Shown: one piece after another, positions 1 to 12,283 of the stretch | Numbering within the stretch: position 1 is the first letter of the stretch | Layout: the number at the start of each line of letters is the position of its first letter | Origin: Hypanus sabinus | Lineage: Eukaryota | Direction: 5' to 3' | Length of the DNA stretch: 64,000 nt | Assembly: GCF_030144855.1 (NCBI RefSeq) | Contig: NC_082731.1 | Location: forward strand, 31,930,001-31,994,000 | Notes under the pieces: model-generated | Databases searched by the model: none | Seen by the model: the letters and a program-made list of their open reading frames with translations, nothing else | What the model was told of the DNA's origin: nothing | Translations under genes and position numbers: made by a program

Positions 1-714
1 GCCACCACCTGGGAGATCCCCTTACAAGCGGAGAATCCAACTGGAATGAGGGAAGGATCCCCACCAAAAGGGCTCCTCTACGGCAGTGAGGGATCGACAA
101 CCTCAAGGGATCACCCAACAGGAAGAGATCCAACCGAGTATGTTATCACACACCCCCCCCAAGAGAAAGATCATTTACCCCAATCCAAACATGCTGATCG
201 AGGGATCTCCCCACACCCAGTGAGAGGGATCCCCAATCCAACTAAGGGAACAAGCCAGAGCGAGGGATCCCAACCAGAGTGTGAAGGATCTCCAAATGGT
301 TGAGACATCCTTCCCCGACAGGAAGAACCAGGGGTGAAAGAAACCCCAACACAAAAGGTTCTGGACATTTTCCCCCCACCTCGGCCTCTCCCCCAGTCCT
401 ACTTCCCACCCACCCACCTGAAGTGAAGCTTGTGGCAGGGCTGTTCCAGGATCAGGGCTCTCAAAAACATCGCATACTTCAATCACAATCCCACAATCCT
501 CCTGTTCCCCCTGTCCTGCCCCTCCCACCCTCTGCCCTCTCTTCCTTCAGCCCTTCATGATGTCACCCCACCCCCCACGTCCGCAACTGAAGTGAACTTT
601 GAGGCAGGACCCCTCCAATAGGCCCTGGGCCCTGGTATACACTTCACCTCTCTCCCACACCCCCACGACCCCTCTCCATCATGTCCCTGCCACCACCCTC
701 CCCACTGCCCCCAC

Positions 715-890
715 CTGAAGTGGAGTTTGCGGCAGGGCCGCTCCAGGTCCTGGGCCCTCATACACTCGAGCTTGGTGCCGTGGTCACAGAACTCCTGCAC
801 CTGGGCGCGGCCGCGCGACCGGAACTTCTCCACCATCGACTGTTCCTTCGCCGTGCTGGTGTTCAGCAGCTCCAGGATCTCCTGGCTCAT
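715..890 (-). CDS. METTL3: METTL3 exon 4 (176 nt; first CCCH zinc finger)
   Basis: Translates MSQEILELLNTSTAKEQSMVEKFRSRGRAQVQEFCDHGTKLECMRAQDLERPCRKLHFR, matching vertebrate METTL3 (VSQEILELLNTTTAKEQSIVEKFRSRGRAQVQEFC...CRKLHFR). Acceptor CCCCCAG at 891; donor AG|GTGGGG at 714. Phase 0 in, phase 2 out. Confidence 0.96.
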
Positions 891-1341
891 CTGGGGGAGA
901 GGGAGAGTCACTGAGGGAGCTCCCCACGCGTGGGAGCAGCACTAAGAGATCCCCACGCTCGGCGGGGTGGTAGTGCCGAGCGATCCCCGTGGCCCGCAGG
1001 TGGCTGTGCTGAGAGATCATTGCACCTCTGTGAGAGCAGAGGGGAATCTCCCTTCCCGACTGTGCAAGAGGGAGTGTCAGAGGGATCCCTCTTTTCTGCC
1101 CTCTGCACCTACACTACTCCTCCCACAGAGCTACATCCCTCCACCCCTCTACCTCTACCCCCTTGTTTCTACCCTACTCACCGCCCCCTGCTAAACTCTC
1201 ACTTTCTCCCTTCCCGTACTACACTCACATCACATCACTCCCTCCCACCCCCTAACCCTCTCCCCCCAGCTTGTTCCCCAATCCCTCTCACCCACCCATC
1301 CTCTCCCTTCCCACCCTCCCAGCCCCCGGAACAAGCCGTAC

Positions 1342-1707
1342 CTTCTTGCTCTGCCTCTCCTTGGTGGACTGCTGGTTCAGCAGCCTCTCGATCTCCAGGT
1401 CCAGTTCGGAGGCCACCTTGCGGGACTTCTTGGCGGGCTCGGGTGGCTTCCTGTCGGGCGGGGAGGGGGCGGATCCAACCGGAGGGGGCTGGGCCCGCCT
1501 CTTCTGGCCCCCCTCGGCCTGCGGCGGGGACGGCTCGCCCTCCTGGGGCAGAAGCACCAGCATGGCCGAGAGCTTGGTGTGGTCGGCAAAGGTGACGGTG
1601 GTGGGCATGCCGTCCTGGGACAGGCCCCCTCGCACCTCAATCAGCTCCTGGGCCGCAAACTTCTGCAGGAGGCTCTCCACGTTCCCCTGGGTCACCGAGC
1701 ACTGGAG
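1342..1707 (-). CDS. METTL3: METTL3 exon 3
   Basis: Encodes VESLLQKFAAQELIEVR...TFADHTKLSAM...EPAKKSRK...LDLEIERLLNQQSTKERQSKK. Donor AAG|GTACGG at 1341. Acceptor is either AAG (exon start 1707) or the in-frame CAG (start 1701). Confidence 0.93.
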
Positions 1708-2048
1708 CTTGGGTGGAGGGCGGGTAAAGACAGGGATAGAGTCATAGAGAAGTACAGCACAGAAACAGGCCCTTCGGCCCATCAAATCCATGCTGAACCA
1801 TTTAAACTGCCTCCTCCCACCGACCTGCACTGGGACCATCTGCCGTCAAACCCCTACCAAACATCTCTTAAATGTTGAAAGCCAGCTCGTGCAGATGTAC
1901 AGGCTGGTGGGTTTATTGGGCAAGACAAGCTGCACCCCGAGTCTGTGACTGACAGGAAGCATCTGGGGAGAGCTGATGGGAACGTGGGGAAAGTGGAATG
2001 CGACCGGTGTAACTGGGTCAGCATGGAGAGTGTGGGCCGAACATCCCC

Positions 2049-3010
2049 ATGTGTGATGGGATGAGGGAGTTTCACCCTGTGTCTGACCCCGGGAGTGTGT
2101 GATGGGATGAGGGAGTTTCACTCAGTGTCTGACCCCGGGAGTGTGTGATGGGACGGTGTGGAGGGAGTTTCACTCTGTGTCTGACCCCGGGAGTGTGTGA
2201 TGGGACGGTGTGGAGGGAGATTCACTCTGTGTCTGACCCCAGGAGTGTGTGATGGGACGGTGTGCAGGGAGATTCACTGTGTCTGACCCGGGGAGTGCGT
2301 GATGGGACGGTGTGGAGGGAGATTCACTCTCTGTCTGACCCTGGGAGTGTGTGATGGGACAGTGTGGAGGGAGATTCACTCTGTGTCTGACCCCGAGAGT
2401 GTGTGATGGGACGATGTGGAGGGAGATCCACTCTGTGTCTGACCCTGGGAGTGTGTGATGGGACAGTGTGGAGGGAGATTCACTCTGTGTCTGACCCCAA
2501 GAGTGTGTGATGGGACGATGTGGAGGGAGATCCACTCTGTGTCTGACCCCGGGAGTGTGTGATGGGACGGTGTGGAGGGAGTTTCACTCTGTGTCTGACC
2601 CCGGGAGTGTGTGATGGGACGGTGTGCAGGGAGATTCACTGTGTCTGACCCAGGGAGTGCGTGATGGGACGGTGTGGAGGGAGATTCACTCTGTGTCTGA
2701 CCCTGGGAGTGTGTGATGGGACAGTGTGGAGGGAGATTCACTCTGTGTCTGACCCCGAGAGTGTGTGATGGGACGATGTGGAGGGAGATCCACTCTGTGT
2801 CTGACCCTGGGAGTGTGTGATGGGACGGTGTGGAGGGAGATTCACTCTGTGTCTGACCCCGGGAGTGTGTGATGGGACGGTGTGGAGGGAGATTCACTCT
2901 GTGTCTGAGCCAGGGAGTGTGTGATGGGACAGTGTGGAGGGAGATTCACTCTGTGTCTGAGCCAGGGAGTGTGTGATGGGACAGTGTGGAGGGAGTCTCA
3001 CTCTGTGCCT
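2049..3010. repeat. 52-bp tandem repeat, family B (GGGAGTGTGTGATGGGACGGTGTGGAGGGAGATTCACTCTGTGTCTGACCCC)
   Basis: Direct inspection; the same family recurs in opposite orientation at about 10250-11425, 49965-50171 and 56470-57075. Confidence 0.95.
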
Positions 3011-3023
3011 AACTCAGTGGCGC

Positions 3024-3559
3024 TCTATCCCCCCTCTCTGATAACAAATCGTTCTATCCCCCTCTCTCCCTGATAAGTGCTCTATCCCCCTCTCTCCCTG
3101 ATAAGTGCTCTATCCCCCTCTCTCCCTGATGTGCTCTATCCCCCCCTCTCACTGATAAGAGTGTTCTATCCCCCCTCTCTCACTGATAAGTGTTCTATCC
3201 CCCTCTCTCCCTGATAAGTGTTCTATCCCCCTCTCTCCCTGATAAGTGTCCTATCCCCCTCTCTCACTGATAAGTGTTCTATCCCCCTCTCTCCCTGATA
3301 AGAGTGTTCTATCCCCCTCTCTCCCTGATAAGAGTGCTCTATCCCCCTCTCTCACTGATAAGAGTGTTTTATCCCTCTCTCTCACTGATAAGTGCTCTAT
3401 CCCTCTCTCACTGATAAGAGTGTTCTATCCCTCTCTCTCACTGATAAGAGTGTTTTATCCCTCTCTCTCACTGATAAGTGTTCTATCCCACTCTCTCACT
3501 GATAAGAGTGTTCTATCCCTCTCTCTCACTGATCAGAGTGTTCTATCCCCCTCTCTCAC
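3024..3559. repeat. About 28-30-bp minisatellite abutting the METTL3 exon 2 donor
   Basis: Unit TTCTATCCCCCTCTCTCACTGATAAGAGTG with small length variation. Confidence 0.95.
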
Positions 3560-3768
3560 CGACAACAAGGTGTTCTGGATGGCAAGCGAGTCGGTGGGCA
3601 GAAGCAGAGCCTGGTTGGAGAGGTGCTCGAGCAGCCGCTTCTCGAGGAGGGGGTCGATCTTCTCGTCCTGGTCCAGGCCACTCGGTTTGCTGGGTGGTAG
3701 GGCAGCGGGCAGGACTGGGCTGTCACTACGGAGGCCGGCACCCACCCCCTGAACAGTCTCCGTCTGGG
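3560..3768 (-). CDS. METTL3: METTL3 exon 2
   Basis: Encodes LRSDSPV...DPLLEKRLLEHLSNQALLLPTDSLAI, matching the METTL3 leader-helix region. Acceptor TTGCCTTTGCCTCCGCAG at 3769 gives phase 1, matching exon 1. Donor TCG|GTGAGA. Confidence 0.92.
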
Positions 3769-4659
3769 CTGCGGAGGCAAAGGCAAGCAGTGGATGAGTG
3801 GGGTGTGTATCTAGGTGACCCCACCCCCACCCAGGTCACTCCTGAGAGGGGCCACCATCTATGCCACCTCATCACGGTCCAACAGGATGCAAACATGCCC
3901 TTTGGCCCAACCAATCCATGCCATCCAGTAACAAGAGCACACATGTATGTCTTAAGATCATTCTTCCCCTTCTTGTGAGCTGTCCAGTCTGCCCCTGCAG
4001 ACTCCCCCGTCCTCAGTCCCACCACTGTGGCCTCTGACACTCTGCACACCTGACTCCATAACCCAACACTGTCCTCGACCTCCCGTGTTACCCACACACT
4101 CTGCCTCAGCCTGAGGGAACCGCTGTCTCTAACTGGGGCAAACTCCTGTTCGGTGTCACGGTCCAGCCATCCACTCACACCTTTCAGTCAGAGAGAGCAC
4201 CAATACAGGCCCTTTGGCCCCTCTAGTCCATGCTGACCACAGGCCCGCCCGGCTCGTCTCAACGCTCTGCATTCAGCTCATCATCCCTGAAGCCCCAACT
4301 CTCCATGTCCCTGCCCAAGTGCTTCAAATGACACTGTTGTCCCTGTCTCAATTCCTCCTCTGGCAGTGCTTTCCATAAACTCAAATGGAAATGTTGTCCC
4401 ACTCTCCCTAAATCTCTGCCTTCTAGATCTGGACTCCCCTGCCCTGAGGAAGTTACGGTTGCTGTCCATCTCATCATTTTAAACATTTCTCTATGGGTGT
4501 CCCCTGTTCTCCTACGTTCCAGTGCATGAAGATCTTGCCTGGCCAACCTCTGGACCTAGTAACCTCCTTGTAAATCTTCTCTGCCCTCTTTCCAGGTCAG
4601 CCATGTTCTTCCAAAACTGTACACAGCACTGCAAGTGCGGCCTCGCCAGTGCCTTATAG

Positions 4660-5199
4660 CCATATAACAATTACAGCACAGAAACAGGCCACCTCGGCCC
4701 TTCTAGTCCATGCCGAACGCTTACTCTCACCTGGTCCCACCTACCCACACTCAGCCCATAACCCTCCATTCCTTTCCTGTCCATATACCTATCCAATTCT
4801 TAAAAATGACAATATTGAACCTGCCTCTCCACTTCTACTGGAGGCACATTTCACACAGCTGCCACTCTCTGAGTAAAGAAGCCCCCCCTCGTGCTACCCC
4901 TAAACTTTTGCCCCTTAACTCTCAACTCATGTCCTTGTTTGAATCTCCCCTACTCTCAATGGAAAAAGCCTATCCACGTCAACTCCATCTATCCCCTCAT
5001 AATTTTAAATACCTCTATCAAGTCCCCCCTCAACCTTCCACACTCCAAAGAATAAAGACCTAACTTGTTCAACCTTTCTCTGTAACGTAGGTGCTGAAAC
5101 CCAGGTAACATTCTAGTAAATCTTCTCTGTACTCTCTCTATTTTGTTGACATCTTTCCTATAATTCAGTGACCAGAACTGTACACAATACAATGCCTTG
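4660..5199 (-). mobile_element. CR1 LINE 3' fragment
   Basis: ORF 4989-5204 reads IERVQRRFTRMLPG...RLRGDLIEVFKIMRG. A near-identical copy lies at 11465-12030. Confidence 0.85.
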
Positions 5200-5201
5200 T
5201 A

Positions 5202-6782
5202 CAAACCCTATTTCTAGAAAAGTTGGGATATTTTCAAAAATGCAATAAAAAAAATTTGCGATGTTAATTCACGAGAACCTTTATTTAACTAACAAAAGTA
5301 CAAACAAAAGATTTTCAATAGTTTTACTGACCAACTTAATTGTATTTTGCAAATATACACAAATTTAGAATTTGATGGCTGCAACACACTCAACAAAAGT
5401 TGGGAGTTAAAATCAGATTGAAAAATGCACAGAATATTCAAGTAACACCGGTTTGGAAGACTCCACATTAAGCAGGCTAATTGGTAGTAGGTGAGGTATC
5501 ATGACTGGGTATAAAAGTAGCATCCATCAAGGCTCAGTCTTTGCAAGCAAGGGTGGGTCGTGGCTCACCCCTTTGTGCCAAAATTCGTGAGAGAATTGTT
5601 AGTCAGTTCAAAAGTAACATTACCCAACACAAGATTGCAGAGAATTTAGGTCTTTCAATATCTACAGCACATAATATTGTGAAAAGATTCAGAGAATTCA
5701 GAGACATCTCAGTGCGTAAAGGGCAAGGTCGGAAACCACTGCTGAATGCGCGTGATCTTCGAGCCCTCAGGCGGCACTGCCTAAGAAACCGTCATGCTAC
5801 TGTGACGATTATAGCCACCTGGGCTCGGGAGTACTTTGGAAACCCATTGTCACTTAACACAGTCCGTCGCTGCATCCAGAAATGCAATTTGAAACTGTAT
5901 TACGCAAGGAGGAAGCCATACATCAACTCTATGCAGAAACACTGGCGAGTTCTCTGGGCCCGAGTTCATCTCAGATGGACCGAAAGACTGTGGAACAGTG
6001 TGCTGTGGTCAGATGAGTCCACATTTCAGCTAGTTTTTGCAAAAAACAGGCGTAGAGTTCTCTGTGCCAAAGGTGAAAACGACCATCCTGATTGTCATCA
6101 GTGAAAGGTGCAAAAGCCAGCATCTGTGATGGTACGGGGGTGCATCAGTGCCCACAGCATGGGTGAGTTGCATGTATGTGAAGGTACCATTGACTCTGAG
6201 GCGTATATTAGGATTTAGAGAGACATATGTTGCTATCAAGGCGACGTCTCTTCCCGGGACGTCCATGCTTATTTCAGCAGGACAAAGCCAGACCACATTC
6301 TGCACGGGCTCCAACAGCATGGCTTTGAAGACACAGAGTGCGTGTGCTTGACTGGCCTGCTGCCAGTCCAGATCTATCTCCTATTGAAAATGTATGGCGC
6401 ATCATGAAGAGGAGAATCAGACAACGGAGACTACGGACTGTTGAGAAGCTGAAGTCTTATATCAAGCAAGAATGGACAAAATTTCCAATTGCAAATCCAC
6501 TACAATTAGTATCCTCAGTTCCAAAACGATTAAAAAGTGTTATTAAAAGGAAAGGTGATGTAACAAAATGGTAAACATGCCTCATGCCTTTTGTTGAGTG
6601 TGTTACAGCCATCAAATTCTAAATTTGTGTAAAATACAATTACATTGGTCCATAAAACTATTGAAAATCTTTTCTTTGTACTTTTGTCAGTTAAATAAAG
6701 GTTCACGTGAATTAACATATCACAGATTTTTGTTTTAATTGCATTTTGGAATACATCCCAACTTTTCTGGAAATGGGGTTTG
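5202..6782 (+). mobile_element. Tc1-like (DD34E) DNA transposon, full length, defective
   Basis: About 200-bp TIRs (CAAACCC...GGGGTTTG) and TA duplication (5200-5201, 6783-6784). Transposase about 5553-6574 with WSDES, QQD and SPDLSPIENVW motifs, an in-frame TGA at 6102 and frameshifts. Inserted into a CR1 fragment. Confidence 0.93.
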
Positions 6783-6784
6783 TA

Positions 6785-9190
6785 CATCTGCAATGTAACG
6801 TCTCCTCTCCTGAACTCCCCGATGAAAGCCAGCGAGCCAAACATCTTCTCCACCACCCTGTCTCCCTGTGACTCCACTTTCAGGCAGCCATGAACCTGTA
6901 CCCCTGGGCCCCTGTGAACTATTACACCCTATAGTACAAGTCCTGTGCTGGTTTGACTTTCTAAAATAGAGTCACAGAAAAGCACAGAACAGAAACAGGC
7001 CTTTTGGCCCATCTAGCCTGTGCCGAACCATTTAAACCACTTAATTCTATTGATCTGATCTGCAAATAGACCACAGCCCTCCATACCCCTCCCATCCATG
7101 TATCGACCCAAACTTCTCTTGAATCTTGAAATCAAAATCGCATGGACCTCTTGTGCAGGCAGCTCGATCCACACGCTCACCACCCACTGATGGAGGAAAG
7201 TTCCCCTCATGTTCCCCTTAAACCACTCACCTTTAACCCATGACCTCTGGTTGTAGTCTCACCAATCTCAGTGGAAAAAGCCCGCTTTCATTTGCCCCGT
7301 CTGTACCGCTCATAACTTGCACACCTGCATCAAATCTTCCCTGAATCTTCTGTCCTAACCTATTCAATCATTCCTTATAGCTAATATCCTTGTAAATTCT
7401 CAATCTTATTTACACCTTTCCTGCAGATAGGTGACCAAAACTGCACACAGTACTCCAAAGTAGGCCTTACCTGCAGCCTTATTCAATTTCAACATAAGAT
7501 CTCATCTCCTGTACTCAATACATTGATTAATGAAGGCCAATGGGCCAAAAGCTCTCCGAACGGCCCTTTCTTCCTGTAGGGTCAGTATGTAGCTCCTCAT
7601 ACACATCTGGACTGAAATCTATTTGCAACTGCTCGGCCCACTTCCTAACTGATCTCCTGAGGACAGAGATGGGATGTTATGTCGAAGTTGTAAGAGACAT
7701 TGGCAAGGCCTAATTATGAGTACTGTGTGAAGTTTTTGGTCACCTACCTACAGGAAAGATGTAAACAAGTTTGAAAGGGTATAGAGAAAATTTACAAGGA
7801 TGTTGTTGGGTCTGGAGGACCTGAGTTAGAAGGAAAGATTGAATAGGTTGGGACTGTATTCTTCAGAATGTAGAAGACTGAGGGGAGATTTGACAGAGGT
7901 ATACAAAATTATGAGGGGTTTAGTTAGGGTAAATGCAAGCAGGCTTTTTCCGCTGAGGATGGGAGGGACCACAACCAGAAGTCACAGGTTAAGGGTGAAA
8001 GGTAAGAAATTTAAACATCTTCACTCCGAGGGTCGTGAGAGTGTGGAACGAGCTGCCACAAGAAGTGGTGAATGCGAGCTCGATTTCAATGTTCAAGAGA
8101 AGTTTGGTTAGGCGCATGTATAGTAGGGGTACGGGGGGCTATTGTCCCGGTGCAGGTCGACAGTTAAATGGTTTCGGCATGAACTGGATGGGTTGCTGTA
8201 CTTCTCTGTGACTCTATGAACAACAAAAGTCCCAAACATTGATTACTGGCACTCCACTAACCTCCAGTCTCTGGTCTGAGAAACAACCTTCATCGACTAT
8301 CCTCTGCTTCCTACCACCGAGACAATTTTGAATCTACCAAACTCGCTCTCCCTGAACATCATGGGACCCGACCTTCCAGACCGGTCTATCACGCCGGACC
8401 TCCAAAAGTCCAAATGGACAATATCCACTGCCCTGCCCCTGATTACCTTTGTGGTAATCTCTTCAAAAAACATCTCCAAAGAGGTTTGTCAAGCACAACT
8501 TTCCACCCACAAATCCCTCTGGATCAGTGTAGATGCTGACCCTCGGAATTCCCTCCAATAACCTCCCTACTACTGAGGTCAGGCTGCCTGCCCTGGAGTT
8601 CCCTGGCTTATCACTGCTACCCTTCTTTAATAACAGAGCAATATTAGCCACCTCCCTGTCTTTGGGAACTCCACCAGTAATTAATGATGAAGCAATTATC
8701 TCCACAAGGGTGTCTGCAATTTCCTCCCGAACCTCCCACAAAGTCCTGGGACGTGCTCAGTCAGGCCCCGGAGATTGTGAATTTTACCACCCTGGTAAAA
8801 TTATTGCCCTCGAAAAGATCTCCACATTTTCCCAATCTTCTGAGCAGTCATATTTTCCTTCTCATTAACTAAGAAGATAAATACTCGTTAAGATTCCCAT
8901 CCATCTCCAGTGGCTGGGATACAGGCAGCCCTGCTGATCCCTAAGTGACATTACTCTCTTCCTAGTTGTTGTTTACTTTTCATCTCGTTGTAAAACTTCC
9001 CGGGATTTTCATTAACCCTACCTGCTACATCCACCTCATTTCCTCCTTTTGCCCTTCCGATTTCCCTTGTAAGGGTATTCTTACTTTATAGTCATCAAAG
9101 GATTTGCTCAATCGTGACCTCCTAAATCTTCTTCTTCTTCACCTAAGTTCCAACATCACTCATCAACCAGGGTTCCCTAAACTCTCCTGG
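6785..9190. mobile_element. Cluster of CR1 fragments in both orientations
   Basis: RT-region peptides: RRLRGDLTEVYKIMRG (+, 7839-8111) and KPGNSRAGSLTS (-, 8463-8741). Confidence 0.75.
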
Positions 9191-9797
9191 TTCACCCCAA
9201 CAGTACACATAGTTTGCTGCATACTTAATACTTCACTCCTGCTTGCCATCCATTCCCTCCTCTTCAAATAGCCTCACCCGACCAACCTCTGTTGCATCCT
9301 GCCTAATTCCCCCCCCCCCACAAACTAGCTCTGGTCCAGTTTCATCATTCCCTCCCCTCCTCTCCACCTCCCCCCCCCCCGTCACGTCAACCCTCCCCCT
9401 CATCCTCCAACAACTCCCTCCCACCACCCCCTGTACGCCTTAACCTCTCATCACCCTCACCCCTTCCTCTGCCCCAACACCCTCAACCCCCGCCCCATTC
9501 CCCTCCCCCACAACTCCCCTGCCCCATTCCCCTCCTCAACCCTCATGATCACACCTACTCCTCCTCAACCCCATTTACCCATTGCCCTCCCCCTCAAACT
9601 ACCCCTATCCCCTCCTCGTTAACCCACACATCTCTAATAAGCTCACATAACCTTTTCCTCCCCGCCCCTCCCTTTCCACTGTTCACCGGCTACATGCCCC
9701 GCCCCTCCCCTCCAATCCAAACCTCGACCCACCCCTCCATCTCCACCTCCCCTCCCCATTAACTTCACTTTCCCCAACCGCTTCCTCTTCCCCTCAC

Positions 9798-9888
9798 CGC
9801 CTGGCTCCCTCCGCCTCCGCTGCAGCCTCTCCCTCAGACTGTGCAGCTGCTTCTTGTGGGCCTGGATGTCGCTCCATGTGTCTGACAT
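9798..9888 (-). CDS. METTL3: METTL3 exon 1 (start codon at 9888)
   Basis: MSDTWSDIQAHKKQLHSLRERLQRRRREPG matches the METTL3 N-terminus (MSDTWSSIQAHKKQLDSLRERLQRRRK). Donor G|GTGAGG, phase 1. Confidence 0.96.
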
Positions 9889-9899
9889 CTTCGTTCCGG

Positions 9900-10140
9900 G
9901 CACCGGGACCCGGGCCGTCAACACAACTCGAGCCAGGGGCTACAAACCGAATGATAGGCCTAGTGCATCACTTCCGCTCGGAGGCCCGCCTACTGCTCTG
10001 ACTGACAGCTCATTGACCAACCCCCAGTACTGACAGCTTTCATTTGTTGATTGACAGTAGCAAAACCCCGCCCACAGGCCGCCACGCAACAAAACGACGA
10101 CGAAACGCTGCCAGGTGCCGAAAGAGGCCATTCGGCCCTC
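9900..10140 (-). promoter_or_regulatory. METTL3 CpG-rich proximal promoter/5' UTR
   Basis: CpG-rich stretch upstream of the ATG, with an ETS-type CACTTCCG (9969-9976) and a GC box CCCCGCCCA (10066-10074). Motif match only. Confidence 0.55.
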
Positions 10141-10249
10141 TTACCTCATTCCAAACCATCGGCCTCCAGGTCTCTCTTTTCTACAACACTCCTCACGGTA
10201 TGAAGGTCCACTGTGAAATTTCTGCTCTCAATAGTCTAAAAATGTAACT

Positions 10250-11425
10250 CTCCCTCCAGACCGTCCCATCACACACTCACGGGGTCAGACACAGAGTGAA
10301 TCTCCCTCCACACTGTCCCATCACACACTCCCGGGGTCAGACACAGAGTGAAACTCCCTCCACACCGTCCCATCACACACTCCCGGGGTCAGACACAGAG
10401 TGAATCTCCCTCCACACCGTCCCATCACACACTCACGGGGTCAGACAAAGAGTGAATCTCCCTCCAGACCGTCCCATCACACACTCCTGGGGTCAGACAC
10501 AGTGTGAATCTCCCTCCACACTGTCCCATCACACACTCCCGGGGTCAGACACTGAGTGAAACTCCCTCCATACCGTCCCATCACACACTCCCGGGGTCAG
10601 ACACAGAGTGATTCTCCCTCCAGACCGTTCCATCACACACTCCCGGGGTCAGACACTGAGTGAAGCTCCCTCCACACCGTCCCATCACACACTCCCGGGG
10701 TCAGACACTGAGTGAATCTCCCTCCATACCGTCCCATCACACACTCCCGGGGTCAGACACAGAGTGAAACTCCCTCCACACCGTCCCATCACACACTCCC
10801 GGGGTCAGACACAGAGTGAATCTCCCTCCACACCGTCTCATCACACACTCCCGGGGTCAGACACAGAGTGAAACTCCCTCCACACCGTCCCATCACACAC
10901 TCCCGGGGTTAGACACAGAGTGAATCTCCCTCCACACCGTCTCATCACACACTCCCGGGATCAGACACAGAGTGAATCTCCCCCCACATCGTCCCATCAC
11001 ACACTCCCGGGGTCAGACAGAGTGAAACTCCCTCCACACCATCCCATCACACACTCCCGGGGTCAGACAGAGTGAATCTCCCTCCACACCGTCCTATCTC
11101 ACATTCTTGGGGTCAGACATAGAGTGAAACACCCTCCATACCGTCCCATCACACCCTCCCGGGGTCAGACACAGAGTGAATCTCCCTCCACACCGTCCCA
11201 TCACACACTCCCGGGGTCAGACACAGAGTGAAACACCCTCCACACCGTCCCATCACATACTCCCGGGGTCAGACACAGAGTGAAACACCCTCCACACCGT
11301 CCCATCACACCCTCCCAGGGTCAGACACAGAGTGAATCTCCCTCCACACCGTCCCATCACACACTCCCGGGGTCAGACACAGAGTGAAACTCCCTCCTCA
11401 CAATCCCATCACACATCCCCATGGT
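10250..11425. repeat. 52-bp tandem repeat, family B
   Basis: Direct inspection. Confidence 0.95.
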
Positions 11426-11464
11426 CTGACACAAAGGAATCCCCATTTGTGCCCCCTCTTCTCT

Positions 11465-12030
11465 TTTATAACCATATAACCATTACAGCATGGAAAGAGG
11501 CCATCTCAGCCTTTCTAGTCCGTGCTGAACGCTTACTCTCACCTAGTCCCACCGACCTGCACTCAGCCCATAACCCTCCATTCCTTTCCTGTCCATATAC
11601 CTATCCAATTGTTATTCAAATGACAATACCGAACCTGCCTCTAGCACTTCTACCAGAAGCTCATTCCACACAGCTACCACTCTCTGAGTAAAGAAGTTCC
11701 CCCTCATGTTAACATAAACTTTTGCCCCCGAGCTCTCAACTCATGTCCTCTTGTTTGAATCTCCCCTACTCTCAATGGAAAATGCCTATCAACGTCAACT
11801 CTATCTATCCCGCTCATAATTTTAAATACCTCTATCAAGTCCACTCTCAACCTTCTACGCTCCAATGAATAAAGACCGAACTTGTTCAACCTTTCCCTGT
11901 AACTTAGTTGCTGAAACCCAGGTAACAGTCTAGTAAATCTTCTCTGTACTCTCTCTATTTTATTGGCATCTTTCCTATAATTCGGTGACCAGAACTGTAC
12001 ACAATACTCCAAATTTGGCCTCACCGATGT
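11465..12030 (-). mobile_element. CR1 LINE 3' fragment in the METTL3/IgSF intergenic region
   Basis: ORF 11704-12033 reads VRPNLEYCVQFWSP...IERVQRRFTRLLPG. Confidence 0.85.
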
Positions 12031-12190
12031 CAATGTACATTTTGTGCAATGTCAGCTCCCAATGTTTCCTGGATGACTCAGAGCGAGAATCCACATTGTA
12101 AAAGTGCCTTCAGAGGTCAGTTGTCTGTCTGCTATCATCAGGCAGTACCACGGTCCTGGGGCTCTGAACACAGAAACTCTTCCCACCAGC

Positions 12191-12236
12191 ATGGCATCAA
12201 ATATCGTTAAGGTCCAGCTCCTTCTCCTCATGGCTG
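12191..12236 (+). CDS. IgSF receptor exon 1: signal-peptide (leader) exon
   Basis: ATG in CAGCATGG context; encodes MASNIVKVQLLLLMAG; 46 nt; donor G|GTAAGG in phase 1, which joins in frame to the V exon (...LMAG-SCMAG-TNF). Confidence 0.8.
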
Positions 12237-12283
12237 GTAAGGGACCTACTCATTTCCTTCTGATTATATCAGTGTGGTCTCAC

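Noticed and set aside
2049-3010. CRISPR-like array
   Set aside because: Units are contiguous with no unique spacers, in a eukaryotic context.
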